The notes below the pieces were generated by a model that was not told the origin of the DNA, did no database searches, and saw only the letters and a list, made by a program, of their open reading frames with translations. The translations under genes and the position numbers were made by a program. From the NCBI GenBank assembly GCA_964396875.1, contig CAYNHK010000001.1:4546-68545 (forward strand): DNA of 64,000 nucleotides. Reading direction: 5' to 3'. The stretch is from an uncultured Acidobacteriota bacterium (GTDB taxonomy: Bacteria > Acidobacteriota > Vicinamibacteria > Fen-336 > JAGNNV01). Of the stretch, positions 45,501 through 54,268 are shown in pieces (position 1 is the stretch's first letter; each line of letters starts with the position of its first letter).

Positions 45501-45673
45501 TCATACCCGCCGACCCACAGGTACCCCTCCGGAGTCTGGGCAATGGCGGTCGCCGAGTTGCCCGGCAGGCCTCTCGACGCGTCCCAGAAATCGATGACGT
45601 AGTCGGCCGCGCGCGCCTCCATGCCAGCGAGGGCCAGAAGGCCGACACACAGAAAGCGCAAAGGCGACATCAT
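42578..45673 (-). CDS. Sensor histidine kinase with periplasmic two-component-regulator-propeller / Y_Y_Y domains (hybrid-type glycan sensor without receiver domain)
   Basis: Signal peptide MMSPLRFLCVGLLALAG. Repeated propeller motifs (GLWFA, GLW, VWVGT), one TM segment before a HisKA_3 block (RIAKDIHDDLG), then HATPase_c. ATG 45673; ORF runs to 45808. Confidence 0.85.
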   Translation of the reverse strand: MMSPLRFLCVGLLALAGMEARAADYVIDFWDASRGLPGNSATAIAQTPEGYLWVGGYDGLARFDGVRFVRFDSSNTRALGHTRVERLFTDRAGTLWINTYDGSLTSWRNGVFTAEWAARERVESGVWLASSTDREQVFVLQSGSVLRRTLDAGRAGPWGTIRPQDVVFSPTFCATRSGELWIRSTDERLWRIVDGRTEEVSLPSAPAGRLIQYLTTDREDRVVVATNAGILRWAGTEFSPMPVGAGSQRVDVGFLHFAEDDSFWAIVNERLLQGRDGQWIRDLGPSRYLPEDALQPRLPIGDRRGGLWFAHGGRGLLHVDDQGNRRHFGAAQGFASERVVSMFKDREANLWLSVDRGGLARIRERRFDLVTVPKQGSSYATVSVAEDRQGSVWIGSAGAGLARFRDRGLQSFALPPPATRPFVLSLFPEGNRLWMSADHEDLWVLENGVARPTSPAVHGIKALLVDRSGRLWMGRRDGLSRRTNGKVEHFGPADGMTVTEVRALAEDENGAIWIGGGDGTLHRYAEGRFERVSLGEAGASHQIWSLRAQSGGVVWVGTYQGGLLRLSGGRVFRYTTREGLTSAVVCQILDDDQGHLWVGSREGLLRISQKSLADVADMKETSLVSSTYGRADGVPPLECSGYQPVSWRGREGRLWFATTGGAVSVNPRDLRNNEVPPASVVEEVWVDRIRNEEPGANDAVVVPAGSREVEFRYTGLSLAAPDAVRFRYRLIGLEKDWSPPTDRRTAQYSYLRPGDYRFEVIARNSDGVWSARESALPLKVLPHFWETVGFKSLLLLFSLAGAASIARHLSTRTLRTNLARLEQQHAVERDRTRIAKDIHDDLGAGLTQISLLSELLRDDNPQEAKAHAEQIGETAVELTRAMDEIVWAVNPREDTLDSLWDYIIHFAQEYLATAGIACRLEAPETIPAIPLRAEARHNLFLAVKEALNNVVKHAGASEVRLSLTLSPTEFEIEVQDDGCGRSAAPTKTPLRVQGGRGLRNIDERMLSIGARFQISNGVAGGTRVRLTQTRT

Positions 45674-45817
45674 CGGACGAGGCTCGCGGCCATCAGGCCG
45701 GGGATGACTGCGACGAGATATCGGCTGTCCTTCACGTGCGGAGGACGCTATCAAACAGCGGCCTCGCCAGAAGTGTGGAGGGCGGCAGGTCACGCGTTGT
45801 GGTAACAACGAGACCAG

Positions 45818-47794
45818 ATGTCCTCCTTCGTCTCACGAAGTCTGGTTCTGTGCTTCCTTCCGGCGACGATCCTTCTGCCGTGCGCCGCTCCAACTCTCGA
45901 GGCCGCGGACAAGGAGACCGCCCGTCAGATGGAGAAGCTCGGCCGGGGTGTGGTCGCCATTCGGCAGGATGAAGGACGAGCCTTCGTGGCCTGGCGGCTG
46001 CTGGGCACTGACCCCGAGGGCGTGGGCTTCAACGTGTATCGAGCCACGGAGACGGGGAAGGCGAAACGCCTCAACCCGAAGCCGCTTCTGGGCCCGACGT
46101 TCTTCATCGACGAGACCGCCGAAGCCGGACGCCAGCACACCTACACGGTTCGCGCCGTGGTCAAGGGCCGTGAACAAACGTCAGGCCGAGGCTTCACGCT
46201 TGCGGCCGCGCACGAACCCCTCCCCTATCTCTCGATTCCCCTGAAGACGCCTCAGAGTTACACCCCGAACGACGGCTCGGCCGGGGACCTCGACGGCGAC
46301 GGCGAATACGAGATCGTGCTGCATCAGGCTGGCCGCGGCCGGGACAACTCCCGCCCCGGTGTAACGGATCCGCCGATCCTGCAGGCCTACAAACTCGACG
46401 GCACGCTGCTGTGGACGATCAACCTCGGTCGCAACATTCGTGAAGGCGCGCACTACACCCAGTTCATGGTCTACGACCTCGACGGCGATGGCCGCGCGGA
46501 GGTTGCCTGCAAGACCGCGGATGGCAGTGTCGACGGGCTGGGCAAGGTCATCGGAGATCCGAACGCAGTGTGGGTGAATCCCGAGGGAACCCGTCTCACC
46601 CTTCGCGGCCGCGATGGCGTCGAGCGCGCGCAGGACGTATCGGGCTACGTCCTGCGAGGCCCCGAATACCTGACCGTCTTCGACGGCCTTACCGGAGGGG
46701 CCCTTGCCACAACTGCATACGTTCCACCGCGCCACCCGGCAACGCACAGCCCGACCGTGGATCAGCTCGAGGAACTCTGGGGAGACGGCTGGGGCACTCG
46801 GGTCGACCGTTTTCTCGCCGCGGTCGCGTATCTCGACGGAGAGCGGCCGAGCCTCGTCATGGCGCGCGGCTACTACACGCGATCGGTCCTCGCGGCCTGG
46901 AACTTCCGCGGCGGGAAACTGACGCACGTCTGGACGTTCGACAGTGATGATAAGACGCCGGGAAACCACGACTACCGAGGCCAGGGGAACCACAACCTGA
47001 GTGTCGCGGATGTGGATGGCGACGGCCGCGACGAGATCGTCTACGGCGCCGCCGCGATCGACGACAACGGGAAGGGCCTCTATTCGACCGGCTGGGGCCA
47101 CGGCGATGCGCTCCACGTTTCCGATCTCGATCCCGACCGGCCGGGCCTGGAGGTGTTCAACATCCAGGAGCGCTTCGACGACGCGGGGGCGAACTTTCGC
47201 GATGCGCGCACCGGACGCGAGATCTGGAAGAAGGCCTCGATCAAGGCGGCGACCGAGGGCGGCGACGCGGGGGAGGGCCCGGGCCGCGGCAACTCTTTCA
47301 ACATCGATCCCCGTCAGCGGGGCAACGAATCCTGGGTGGCGGGTGCTGAATTGCGCGGCCTGTGGAACGCGAAGGGCGAGAAGATCTCCGATGAGCAGCC
47401 GCAGGCGGTCAACTTCGCGGTGTGGTGGGACGGCGACCTTCAGCGTGAATTGCTCGACCGCAACGTGATTTCGAAATGGAACTGGACGAAGGAGACGCTC
47501 GAGCCGCTCCTTGTAGCTGAATGCTGCGCGTCGAACAACGGGACGAAGGCGACGCCGGTGCTGAGCGCCGACCTTTTCGGCGATTGGCGAGAGGAGGTCA
47601 TCTGGCGCACCAAGGACGACAAGGAACTCCGGATCTTCACCACCACGATCCCGACCCCGCACCGACTGGTGTCCCTGATGCAGGACCCGCAATACCGCCT
47701 CGCGGTGGCCTGGCAGAACGTGGCCTACAACCAGCCGCCGCATCCAGGCTTCTACCTCGGGGACGAAGCGCCCCTGCCGCCACGCCCCCGATAG
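45818..47794 (+). CDS. PL11 rhamnogalacturonan lyase (YesW/YesX-like)
   Basis: Signal peptide, the N-terminal block ARQMEKLGRGVVAIRQDEGRAFVAWRLLGTDP typical of PL11, an FN3-like insert, and calcium-binding DLDGDG repeats of an 8-bladed propeller. Confidence 0.85.
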   Translation: MSSFVSRSLVLCFLPATILLPCAAPTLEAADKETARQMEKLGRGVVAIRQDEGRAFVAWRLLGTDPEGVGFNVYRATETGKAKRLNPKPLLGPTFFIDETAEAGRQHTYTVRAVVKGREQTSGRGFTLAAAHEPLPYLSIPLKTPQSYTPNDGSAGDLDGDGEYEIVLHQAGRGRDNSRPGVTDPPILQAYKLDGTLLWTINLGRNIREGAHYTQFMVYDLDGDGRAEVACKTADGSVDGLGKVIGDPNAVWVNPEGTRLTLRGRDGVERAQDVSGYVLRGPEYLTVFDGLTGGALATTAYVPPRHPATHSPTVDQLEELWGDGWGTRVDRFLAAVAYLDGERPSLVMARGYYTRSVLAAWNFRGGKLTHVWTFDSDDKTPGNHDYRGQGNHNLSVADVDGDGRDEIVYGAAAIDDNGKGLYSTGWGHGDALHVSDLDPDRPGLEVFNIQERFDDAGANFRDARTGREIWKKASIKAATEGGDAGEGPGRGNSFNIDPRQRGNESWVAGAELRGLWNAKGEKISDEQPQAVNFAVWWDGDLQRELLDRNVISKWNWTKETLEPLLVAECCASNNGTKATPVLSADLFGDWREEVIWRTKDDKELRIFTTTIPTPHRLVSLMQDPQYRLAVAWQNVAYNQPPHPGFYLGDEAPLPPRPR

Positions 47795-47835
47795 GAGCGT
47801 CGCCGCGTTTGCGGTTTATCGTGATCCTCTCCCTC

Positions 47836-48378
47836 ATGGCCACCGGTGCGACCGTTCACAACTTCGATATCGACCTGGCCGATGCCGATCGAAACGTCTA
47901 CGAAACGCTGGCCCTTCGCGCGGCCCGCCACCCGTCGGAGTCTTCGGAGTATCTGCTGACGCGCGTGCTCGCGTACGCGCTCGAGTTCGAGGAGGGCATC
48001 GCGTTCTCGACCGGCGGTCTGTCGGAACCCGATGAGCCGGCGCTGAGCGTGCGCGATCTCACCGGCGCCCTTCGCTCATGGATCGAGATCGGCAGCCCCG
48101 ATGCCGCGCGGCTGCACAAGGCCTCGAAAGCCTCGCCGCGCGTGGTTGTCTACACGCACAAGGATGCGGGGCGGCTGGCCCAGCGCCTTTCCGGAGAACG
48201 CATCCACCGCGCGGAGTTGGTCGAGCTGTACGCGATCGAACCCGCGCTCATCACGGCGCTGGTGGCGCGCCTCGATCGCCGGATGGCCTTCGCGTTGTCG
48301 GTTGCCGGACGCGAGTTGTTCGTTTCCATCGGAACCGAAACGCTCACCGGCCGGGTTGTCCGCACGCCTATCGCGTGA
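47836..48378 (+). CDS. yaeQ: YaeQ family protein
   Basis: MATGATVHNFDIDLADADRNVYETLALRAARHPSESSEYLLTRVLAYALEFEEG closely follows the YaeQ N-terminus (ATIYKFDI.LSD.DR.VYE...LRVA.HPSES..YLLTRVLAYAL). Confidence 0.85.
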   Translation: MATGATVHNFDIDLADADRNVYETLALRAARHPSESSEYLLTRVLAYALEFEEGIAFSTGGLSEPDEPALSVRDLTGALRSWIEIGSPDAARLHKASKASPRVVVYTHKDAGRLAQRLSGERIHRAELVELYAIEPALITALVARLDRRMAFALSVAGRELFVSIGTETLTGRVVRTPIA

Positions 48379-48384
48379 ACGCGG

Positions 48385-49275
48385 TCACTGCGGGAGGGTG
48401 GAGACGTAGGCCCAGACGATTCCCGTCGCCATGGCCGCGAACACGAACGCGCCGATGAAGTACCGCCTCGCGCTCGCGCCGAGTTGCACGAGCCCGGCCT
48501 CGCCATCGCCCAGGATGATCCGGGTCTGGTGGGCCCAGTTGGCATCGGGAATGATCCCGCCTTTGGCCTGTGAGTAGAGCCCCAGCACACAGACCTGGGC
48601 GCCCTGCGCGACCATCTGTTCGCTGAGCTGGCACGAGGCGAGTTCCGCGTCGTCGGCACCGTGCTTGTCCCGCCGGAAGAAACCATCGTCGTCGGTCCAT
48701 TCCTTCTCCGCGGTCTGGCGGTCTTCCTTTGGTGTCGCTTTCGTCTCGAAGGTGGTCGCCGCGATGTAGGCCTCGACGTTGCGCACGGCTTCGCTCTTCT
48801 CCACATCGCTCGTCGCCATATCGAAAAGCGGGACCGCGAGTAACTTGAACGTCCCGACGTTGGTCGAGATCCTCGGCGAGGCCAGGGCCGCGCCTTCGTA
48901 GTACGTGACCGTATAGGCGCTCTTCCCCGAGCCCACGCGCCGGGAGATCGAGTACTTGAAGGCGACGGCACTCTTCCCGCTGATCGGAGACGTGATCGGC
49001 GACGCGGAACGAATGACTCCTGAGAAGCCGGTCCATTTTCCGTCCACCGGGGTCTGCCCCGCCATGGCGTCGCGGATCAGCCCGCGGTCGCGCAGCATGT
49101 CGAGGGCGTACCACGCGGACGAGACGGAAAGTGTCGCGAGCAGCCCGGCGGCCACGGCAGGGACTGCGACGGAGTTCGGGTCCGCGCCGAGTTGGAGAAG
49201 CAGAAGAACGAAGCCTGCTATGGAGGCGAGGGTGCCAACAAGGCCGATGAGACAGGAACGCGCGCAACCTTTCAA
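48385..49275 (-). CDS. Hypothetical membrane protein (two N-terminal and one C-terminal TM helices)
   Basis: ORF of 296 aa. Hydrophobic segments are LIGLVGTLASIAGFVLLLL, AVAAGLLATLSVSSAWYAL and FIGAFVFAAMATGIVWAYV. No family recognised. Confidence 0.55.
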   Translation of the reverse strand: MKGCARSCLIGLVGTLASIAGFVLLLLQLGADPNSVAVPAVAAGLLATLSVSSAWYALDMLRDRGLIRDAMAGQTPVDGKWTGFSGVIRSASPITSPISGKSAVAFKYSISRRVGSGKSAYTVTYYEGAALASPRISTNVGTFKLLAVPLFDMATSDVEKSEAVRNVEAYIAATTFETKATPKEDRQTAEKEWTDDDGFFRRDKHGADDAELASCQLSEQMVAQGAQVCVLGLYSQAKGGIIPDANWAHQTRIILGDGEAGLVQLGASARRYFIGAFVFAAMATGIVWAYVSTLPQ

Positions 49276-49366
49276 GCGGAACCCCCAGTCACCGGCGATT
49301 GGCCCGGTCTCCTATCGAGGCCGGATCGTATCACCGGGCCGGAGGGCCACGATGGCCACGATGGCC

Positions 49367-51748
49367 TCAACGAGGGCCAGGTTTCCGTCCTGTGCGCGGT
49401 TCGCGTGCGCGGAACCCCTCGTCCGTCTTCTCGAAGCCGAGGGCGATCAGAATCGCCGGCAGTTCCTCGGGACCACACTGGAGAAGCCGGGCGAGACAAG
49501 CGCCTGCCGCGAAGGGACCCTTGCGCGCTTGAGCATGGGCCGCGCCCAGCAGGTTCTCGATGGCATCCACCCGCACGATCAGGCTTCCGAGCGCCTCGTA
49601 TCCGCACGCCGCGTCGCGCGAAGGGTCATGGCTGCCTCCGCTCCGGAGGGACAGCGGTCCTGCGGGAATGGGTGTCGCGCTCTTGTGTCGCACCTGAAAC
49701 AGCACGACCCGCACCCGCAGCGCCTCGGTGCGAAGCAGCGAGGGCATGAAGACGTGCCTCCGTCCGAGCACGACGCCGAGACGCGCGAGTTCCCGCCTTT
49801 CCGACTGGGTCAGTGCCCCGATCGCGTTACGCAGTGTCCGGCGGGGAGCCGAGCCCAGGCTCTCCGCGAGGCGATAGAGCAGACCGCGTACGGCTCCCGC
49901 CGCGTTCGCTTCGAGTGCGGTGAAGAGCGGGGCGAGGCCGATGCGGACGTGAGCGGAAGCGAAGTCCGCGAGTCGTCGCCGCACGCGCTCGCGCCGGGGC
50001 GGATCGAGGAGATCGGACGCGAGGGCCTCCGAAAGCGGTGCGAGCAGTCGGTCGCCGGGAAGCAGCCGGCCCACTTTCGCCCCGCGCCACAAAATGGCGC
50101 CCTGCACGGTGAGAGCGAAGGCTTCGTCGCTCGACTCGACCAGTTCCTCCACCCGGGCGCCGATGTTGGCGCGCAGCACGCGGTTCGCCGCCGCACGCAG
50201 GGCGTGGGACGCCGCGCCGGGCAGAGGCTCGAACTCGAAACCGGCGAGCCGCCCCGCCCGGACCCCCTGCAAGAGCAGCGTGCCGTCATCGGCGAGCTGG
50301 GAGGCGACTTCCGCGCCATCATGTCGCGCGATCAGCGTGGCTCCGGGATTCGCGTACTCCTCGCGCAGCCGGGCGTGCAGCGCATCGGCCAGCCGATCCT
50401 CGATTTCTCGCGTGCGCGCCTGCCAGGTCTCGGGATCCGCGAGCCATCCCGGCCGGTGGGAGACGTACGTCCACGTTCGGATCCCGGCGATCCGGTCGAG
50501 CAGCGCCGCGATGTCTCCGTCCGTCGTGTCGAGGGCCCGTACCTGTCGGTCGACCCAATCCCAGGGGAGGCCGCCATCGCCCGCCACGAGCAGACCAAAG
50601 ACGCGGGAGAGCAGGCGGGTGTGCGCCTCGGCCATTACGTTGCGGAAATCCGGAATCTGGCACACATCCCACAACAGCCGGACATCCGCCGGCCGTCGCG
50701 CGAGCGCCGCGATGTCGGGATCGCGCGCGAGGACCTCGAGGGCCCGCTGGTCGTCCGCGTGTCGCATCCGCACGAGCCAGGGCTCGGGTGGCCGATGGTC
50801 GAGACTTTCGAGAAGGGCGTCGATGGAACCGAAGGCGAGACGCGAGTTGCGCCAGTAGACGGTTCGAAGAGGTTCGAAGCGATGTTGCTCGACGGCCTCC
50901 ACGAGTGCCGGCGCGAAGCCTCCAAGATCGGTGGTGGCGCCGAAGGTCCCGTCGCGCACGTGCCGCCCCGCACGTCCCGCGATCTGGCCGACCTCGGCGG
51001 GATGCAATCGCCGCGAACCGATGCCGTCGTGCTTCGCGAGCGAGGTGAAGGTCACGTGGTCGAGGTCGAGGTTCAGGCCCATGCCGATCGCATCGGTGGC
51101 GACGAGATGATCGACTTCGCCCGACTGGTAGAGGTCCACCTGGGCGTTGCGAGCGCGCGGGGAGAGAGCCCCGAAGACGAGAGCGGCGCCCCCGGCGCGG
51201 CTGCGCAGGCGTTCCGCCACCGCGTAGAGTTCCGCGATCGAGAACACGATCAAGGCGCTGCGCCTCGGTGTTCGCTCGAGTTTGCGCGGAGCGACGTAGC
51301 GAAGGGTGGAGAGCCGGGGGCGCGAAACGATCTCCGCGGTTGGCGCCAGTCGGCGCAGCAGAGGCCTGATGGTGTCAGCGCCGAGAAACATCGTTTCTCG
51401 TTCCCCGCGCGCGTGCATCAGCCGCTCGGTGAAGATGTGTCCGCGCTCGCGGTCGGCCGCGAGTTGCACCTCGTCCACCGCGAGGAAGTCGACGGGAGTC
51501 GACACCGGCATCGCCTCCACCGTGCACACGTAGTAGCGCGGCCTGCTTGGCAGAATGCGCTCCTCGCCGGTGATGAGGGCCACGGTGTCGGCGCCCCGGG
51601 CCCGCACCAGGCGGTCGTAGTTCTCCCTCGCGAGCAGGCGCAGCGGGAAGCCGATCATCCCCGTGCCGTGCTCGAGCATGCGCTCCATCGCGTGGTACGT
51701 CTTTCCGGTGTTGGTAGGCCCGAGCAGGGCGATTACGGGGGGCATCAC
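49367..51748 (-). CDS. SUV3-like ATP-dependent RNA helicase (superfamily 2)
   Basis: Walker A LLGPTNTGKTYHA, a DEVQ box (AVDEVQL) and helicase C motifs. The long C-terminal extension resembles bacterial Suv3 homologues. Confidence 0.75.
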   Translation of the reverse strand: MMPPVIALLGPTNTGKTYHAMERMLEHGTGMIGFPLRLLARENYDRLVRARGADTVALITGEERILPSRPRYYVCTVEAMPVSTPVDFLAVDEVQLAADRERGHIFTERLMHARGERETMFLGADTIRPLLRRLAPTAEIVSRPRLSTLRYVAPRKLERTPRRSALIVFSIAELYAVAERLRSRAGGAALVFGALSPRARNAQVDLYQSGEVDHLVATDAIGMGLNLDLDHVTFTSLAKHDGIGSRRLHPAEVGQIAGRAGRHVRDGTFGATTDLGGFAPALVEAVEQHRFEPLRTVYWRNSRLAFGSIDALLESLDHRPPEPWLVRMRHADDQRALEVLARDPDIAALARRPADVRLLWDVCQIPDFRNVMAEAHTRLLSRVFGLLVAGDGGLPWDWVDRQVRALDTTDGDIAALLDRIAGIRTWTYVSHRPGWLADPETWQARTREIEDRLADALHARLREEYANPGATLIARHDGAEVASQLADDGTLLLQGVRAGRLAGFEFEPLPGAASHALRAAANRVLRANIGARVEELVESSDEAFALTVQGAILWRGAKVGRLLPGDRLLAPLSEALASDLLDPPRRERVRRRLADFASAHVRIGLAPLFTALEANAAGAVRGLLYRLAESLGSAPRRTLRNAIGALTQSERRELARLGVVLGRRHVFMPSLLRTEALRVRVVLFQVRHKSATPIPAGPLSLRSGGSHDPSRDAACGYEALGSLIVRVDAIENLLGAAHAQARKGPFAAGACLARLLQCGPEELPAILIALGFEKTDEGFRAREPRTGRKPGPR

Positions 51749-51824
51749 CAGAGTCTTCTATCGCGTCAACGGACTGGCGGAGTCTAGCGTCCGTTGGTCA
51801 TCCAGGCCGGCGTACACTGCGGCC

Positions 51825-53804
51825 ATGAAAACGCGCATCCTCTTGATTGGGACCCTGGGATTTGCGGCAGTGGGGGGCGGGGTGACGGCTTCCGTCTCGT
51901 TCGCTCAGGCCCTGAGTTCGGCGGCGTCGCCGTTTGAAATCGTCGTCCATCGGCACGTCATGGTGAAAGCCCGCGATGGTGTGCGACTCGCGACAGACAT
52001 CTATCTGCCCGCCCGGAACGGCATCGTCTCCACCGGCGTACCCGCGATCGTGGAACGCACCCCGTACAACAAGGACCGCGGACCGGATGCGTTTGTGAAC
52101 TTCTTCGTTCCGCGCGGCTACGCGGTGGTCCTCCAGGACGTGCGCGGCCGGTACCGTTCGGAGGGAAAGTGGCGGCCGATCACGGACGACGGGCCGGACG
52201 GCGCGGACCTCTTGAAGTGGATCGCCGAGCAGCCGTGGTCGAGCGGGAAGGTGGGAATGGTCGGGACCTCGTACGCCGGGGCAACGCAGCACGCGGTGGG
52301 AATCACCGGCGCCCCCGCCCTTGCCGCGCTTGTTCCCGTGGATGCGATGAGCGACCCAGGCTACTTCGGCGTGCGCCACAACGGCGCGTTCGAACTCCGC
52401 TGGCTGAATTGGATCCTGACGCTGGGGAACGCGACCGGCACCAGCGCCGGCCCAAACGGCCTCTCGCCGGGTCCGTTCGCGCAGCTTGCCGCCTCGCGCG
52501 CGGCGAAGGACCCTGCGGCCGCGACAGCGCTCACGACCATGGGAACTCAGGTGCGCGAGTACGTGAAAGCCCTGCCTCTTCGACCGGGCACGACGCCGCT
52601 CAAGTTCGCCCCCGACTACGAATCGTGGCTGATCGAAGCGATGCGTCATGGCGACAACGATTCCTTCTGGGCCGACATGGGTTCGAGCGTCATCGATCAT
52701 GTCGCCCGGTATCAGGACGTTCCGGTAATGCATCTCACCGGTTGGTACGACTCGTGGGGAGCGCAGGTCGCGAACCTCAACTATGTCGCGCTCGCCAAAG
52801 CGAAGACGCAGCCCCAGCGCCTGATGATCGGGCCGTGGACTCACGGCGGACAGGGCACGAGCTTCTCGGGCCTCGCGGATTTCGGCCCCGCCGCCGCGAT
52901 CAACATGAACGAGCTGCGCCTGCGCTGGTTCGAGCGCTGGTTGAAGGGCTCGGACAATGGCGTCGAGCGCGACGCGCCGGTGCGCCTGTTCGTCATGGGC
53001 TCGGGTGAACCCCACAAGACGAAGGAAGGCCGCCTCTTCGTGGGCGGAGTCTGGCGGGACGAACGCGAGTGGCCGCTGGCTCGCGCGGTCGACACCGACT
53101 ACTTCCTGCATGCCGATGGAACCCTCTCGACCCGGCCGCCAGGCGAAGCCGCCCCCTCGCGCTATGACTTCGATCCGCGCAAGCCGGTCCCCACGATCGG
53201 CGGCAATGTCTCATCCGAGGGCGTTCTCATGCTTCGCGGCGCGCAGGACCAGCGTTGCACCGCGGACAACTGGCTTTGTTCCGACACCATGCCCCTTTCC
53301 GCTCGCCCCGATGTGCTGGTCTTTGAGACCCCGCCGCTGGAGCGCGACGTCGAGGTGACGGGTCGGCTGGTGGTGAAGCTCTGGGCCAGCTCGGACGGGC
53401 CCGACACCGACTTCACCGCGAAGCTCATCGACGTCTACCCGCCAAACGCCGATTTTCCCGCGGGAGTCGACTTGAACGTCGGCGACAGCATCGTGCGCGG
53501 CCGATACCGCGAGTCGCTCAAGGCCGCCAGGCTTCTCGAGCCCGGGAAGCCCTACGAGTTCACGATCGAGATGTACCCGACGTCGCTGGTGTTCCGGCGC
53601 GGGCATCGCATCCGCGTCGACATCTCGAGCAGCAACTTCCCGCGCTTCGATGTGAATCCCAACACCGGAGAACCCCTCAACGAACAGCGGCGCTCACGCG
53701 TCGCGGTGAACTCCATCTATCACGATCCGCAGCACCCCTCGCGAATCGTGCTCCCCATCGTCCCTATTCCCGCGAAACCTGCGCAGTCGCCAAACCCGCG
53801 CTGA
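51825..53804 (+). CDS. CocE/NonD family alpha/beta hydrolase (X-Pro dipeptidyl-peptidase S15-like), secreted
   Basis: ATG 51825 within ORF 51663..53804 and a signal peptide. Blocks TPYNK and GYAVVLQDVRGRYRSEGKW, a GTSYAG nucleophile elbow, and a C-terminal beta-sandwich. Confidence 0.8.
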   Translation: MKTRILLIGTLGFAAVGGGVTASVSFAQALSSAASPFEIVVHRHVMVKARDGVRLATDIYLPARNGIVSTGVPAIVERTPYNKDRGPDAFVNFFVPRGYAVVLQDVRGRYRSEGKWRPITDDGPDGADLLKWIAEQPWSSGKVGMVGTSYAGATQHAVGITGAPALAALVPVDAMSDPGYFGVRHNGAFELRWLNWILTLGNATGTSAGPNGLSPGPFAQLAASRAAKDPAAATALTTMGTQVREYVKALPLRPGTTPLKFAPDYESWLIEAMRHGDNDSFWADMGSSVIDHVARYQDVPVMHLTGWYDSWGAQVANLNYVALAKAKTQPQRLMIGPWTHGGQGTSFSGLADFGPAAAINMNELRLRWFERWLKGSDNGVERDAPVRLFVMGSGEPHKTKEGRLFVGGVWRDEREWPLARAVDTDYFLHADGTLSTRPPGEAAPSRYDFDPRKPVPTIGGNVSSEGVLMLRGAQDQRCTADNWLCSDTMPLSARPDVLVFETPPLERDVEVTGRLVVKLWASSDGPDTDFTAKLIDVYPPNADFPAGVDLNVGDSIVRGRYRESLKAARLLEPGKPYEFTIEMYPTSLVFRRGHRIRVDISSSNFPRFDVNPNTGEPLNEQRRSRVAVNSIYHDPQHPSRIVLPIVPIPAKPAQSPNPR

Positions 53805-53831
53805 CCCGCGGACGGGCCAAGGCGCGGCCGA

Positions 53832-54221
53832 TCACGGATCCTCGAAGCGCCAGCTGGGCCGGGGACTCGGCATCGCTGCGGCCTCGGCGCCGAGTGCGGT
53901 CAGCAGATCGCCGAGCCGCTCTCGTTCCGCCGCGAGGTCGAAGCCGAAGTAGCGCGCGGGGTAGGGCTCGAAACGAGCGAGAGCTCGCGCGAAAGTCCGG
54001 GTGGCGCCGGTGTGATTCCCTCGCTCGAGGTGAAGGAACCCCACGCTGACCTGGATGAGTGCCTGAAAGAAGTCCCGGGACGGCCCGCGAAGACCCAGCC
54101 AAATCTCCTCGAGCGTCTCGTGGCACTGGAAGTAGTGGCCGCGGTTGAACTGCTCCACGGCGCGGTCGAAGGCGAGCCGCTGCTCGCTCGTCAGTTCCGG
54201 CCCGGCCAGGAGGCGCATCAT
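53832..54221 (-). CDS. DUF309 domain protein
   Basis: FNRGHYFQCHETLEEIW motif. Confidence 0.7.
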   Translation of the reverse strand: MMRLLAGPELTSEQRLAFDRAVEQFNRGHYFQCHETLEEIWLGLRGPSRDFFQALIQVSVGFLHLERGNHTGATRTFARALARFEPYPARYFGFDLAAERERLGDLLTALGAEAAAMPSPRPSWRFEDP

Positions 54222-54268
54222 CGAGACGATACGCCGCGCGGGCGCCAGCGCGCGGCCTAAGATGCGGG

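Noticed and set aside
46181-47743. Minus-strand ORF 46181..47743 (520 aa)
   Set aside because: It is antisense to the PL11 lyase gene, which has a diagnostic N-terminal block and DxDGDG repeats.
48956-51787. Plus-strand ORF 48956..51787 (943 aa)
   Set aside because: It is antisense to the SUV3-like helicase (Walker A and DEVQ motifs on the minus strand) and to the membrane protein.
51798-53111. Minus-strand ORF 51798..53111 (437 aa)
   Set aside because: It is antisense to the CocE/NonD hydrolase, whose plus-strand frame carries the GxSYxG elbow and a signal peptide.
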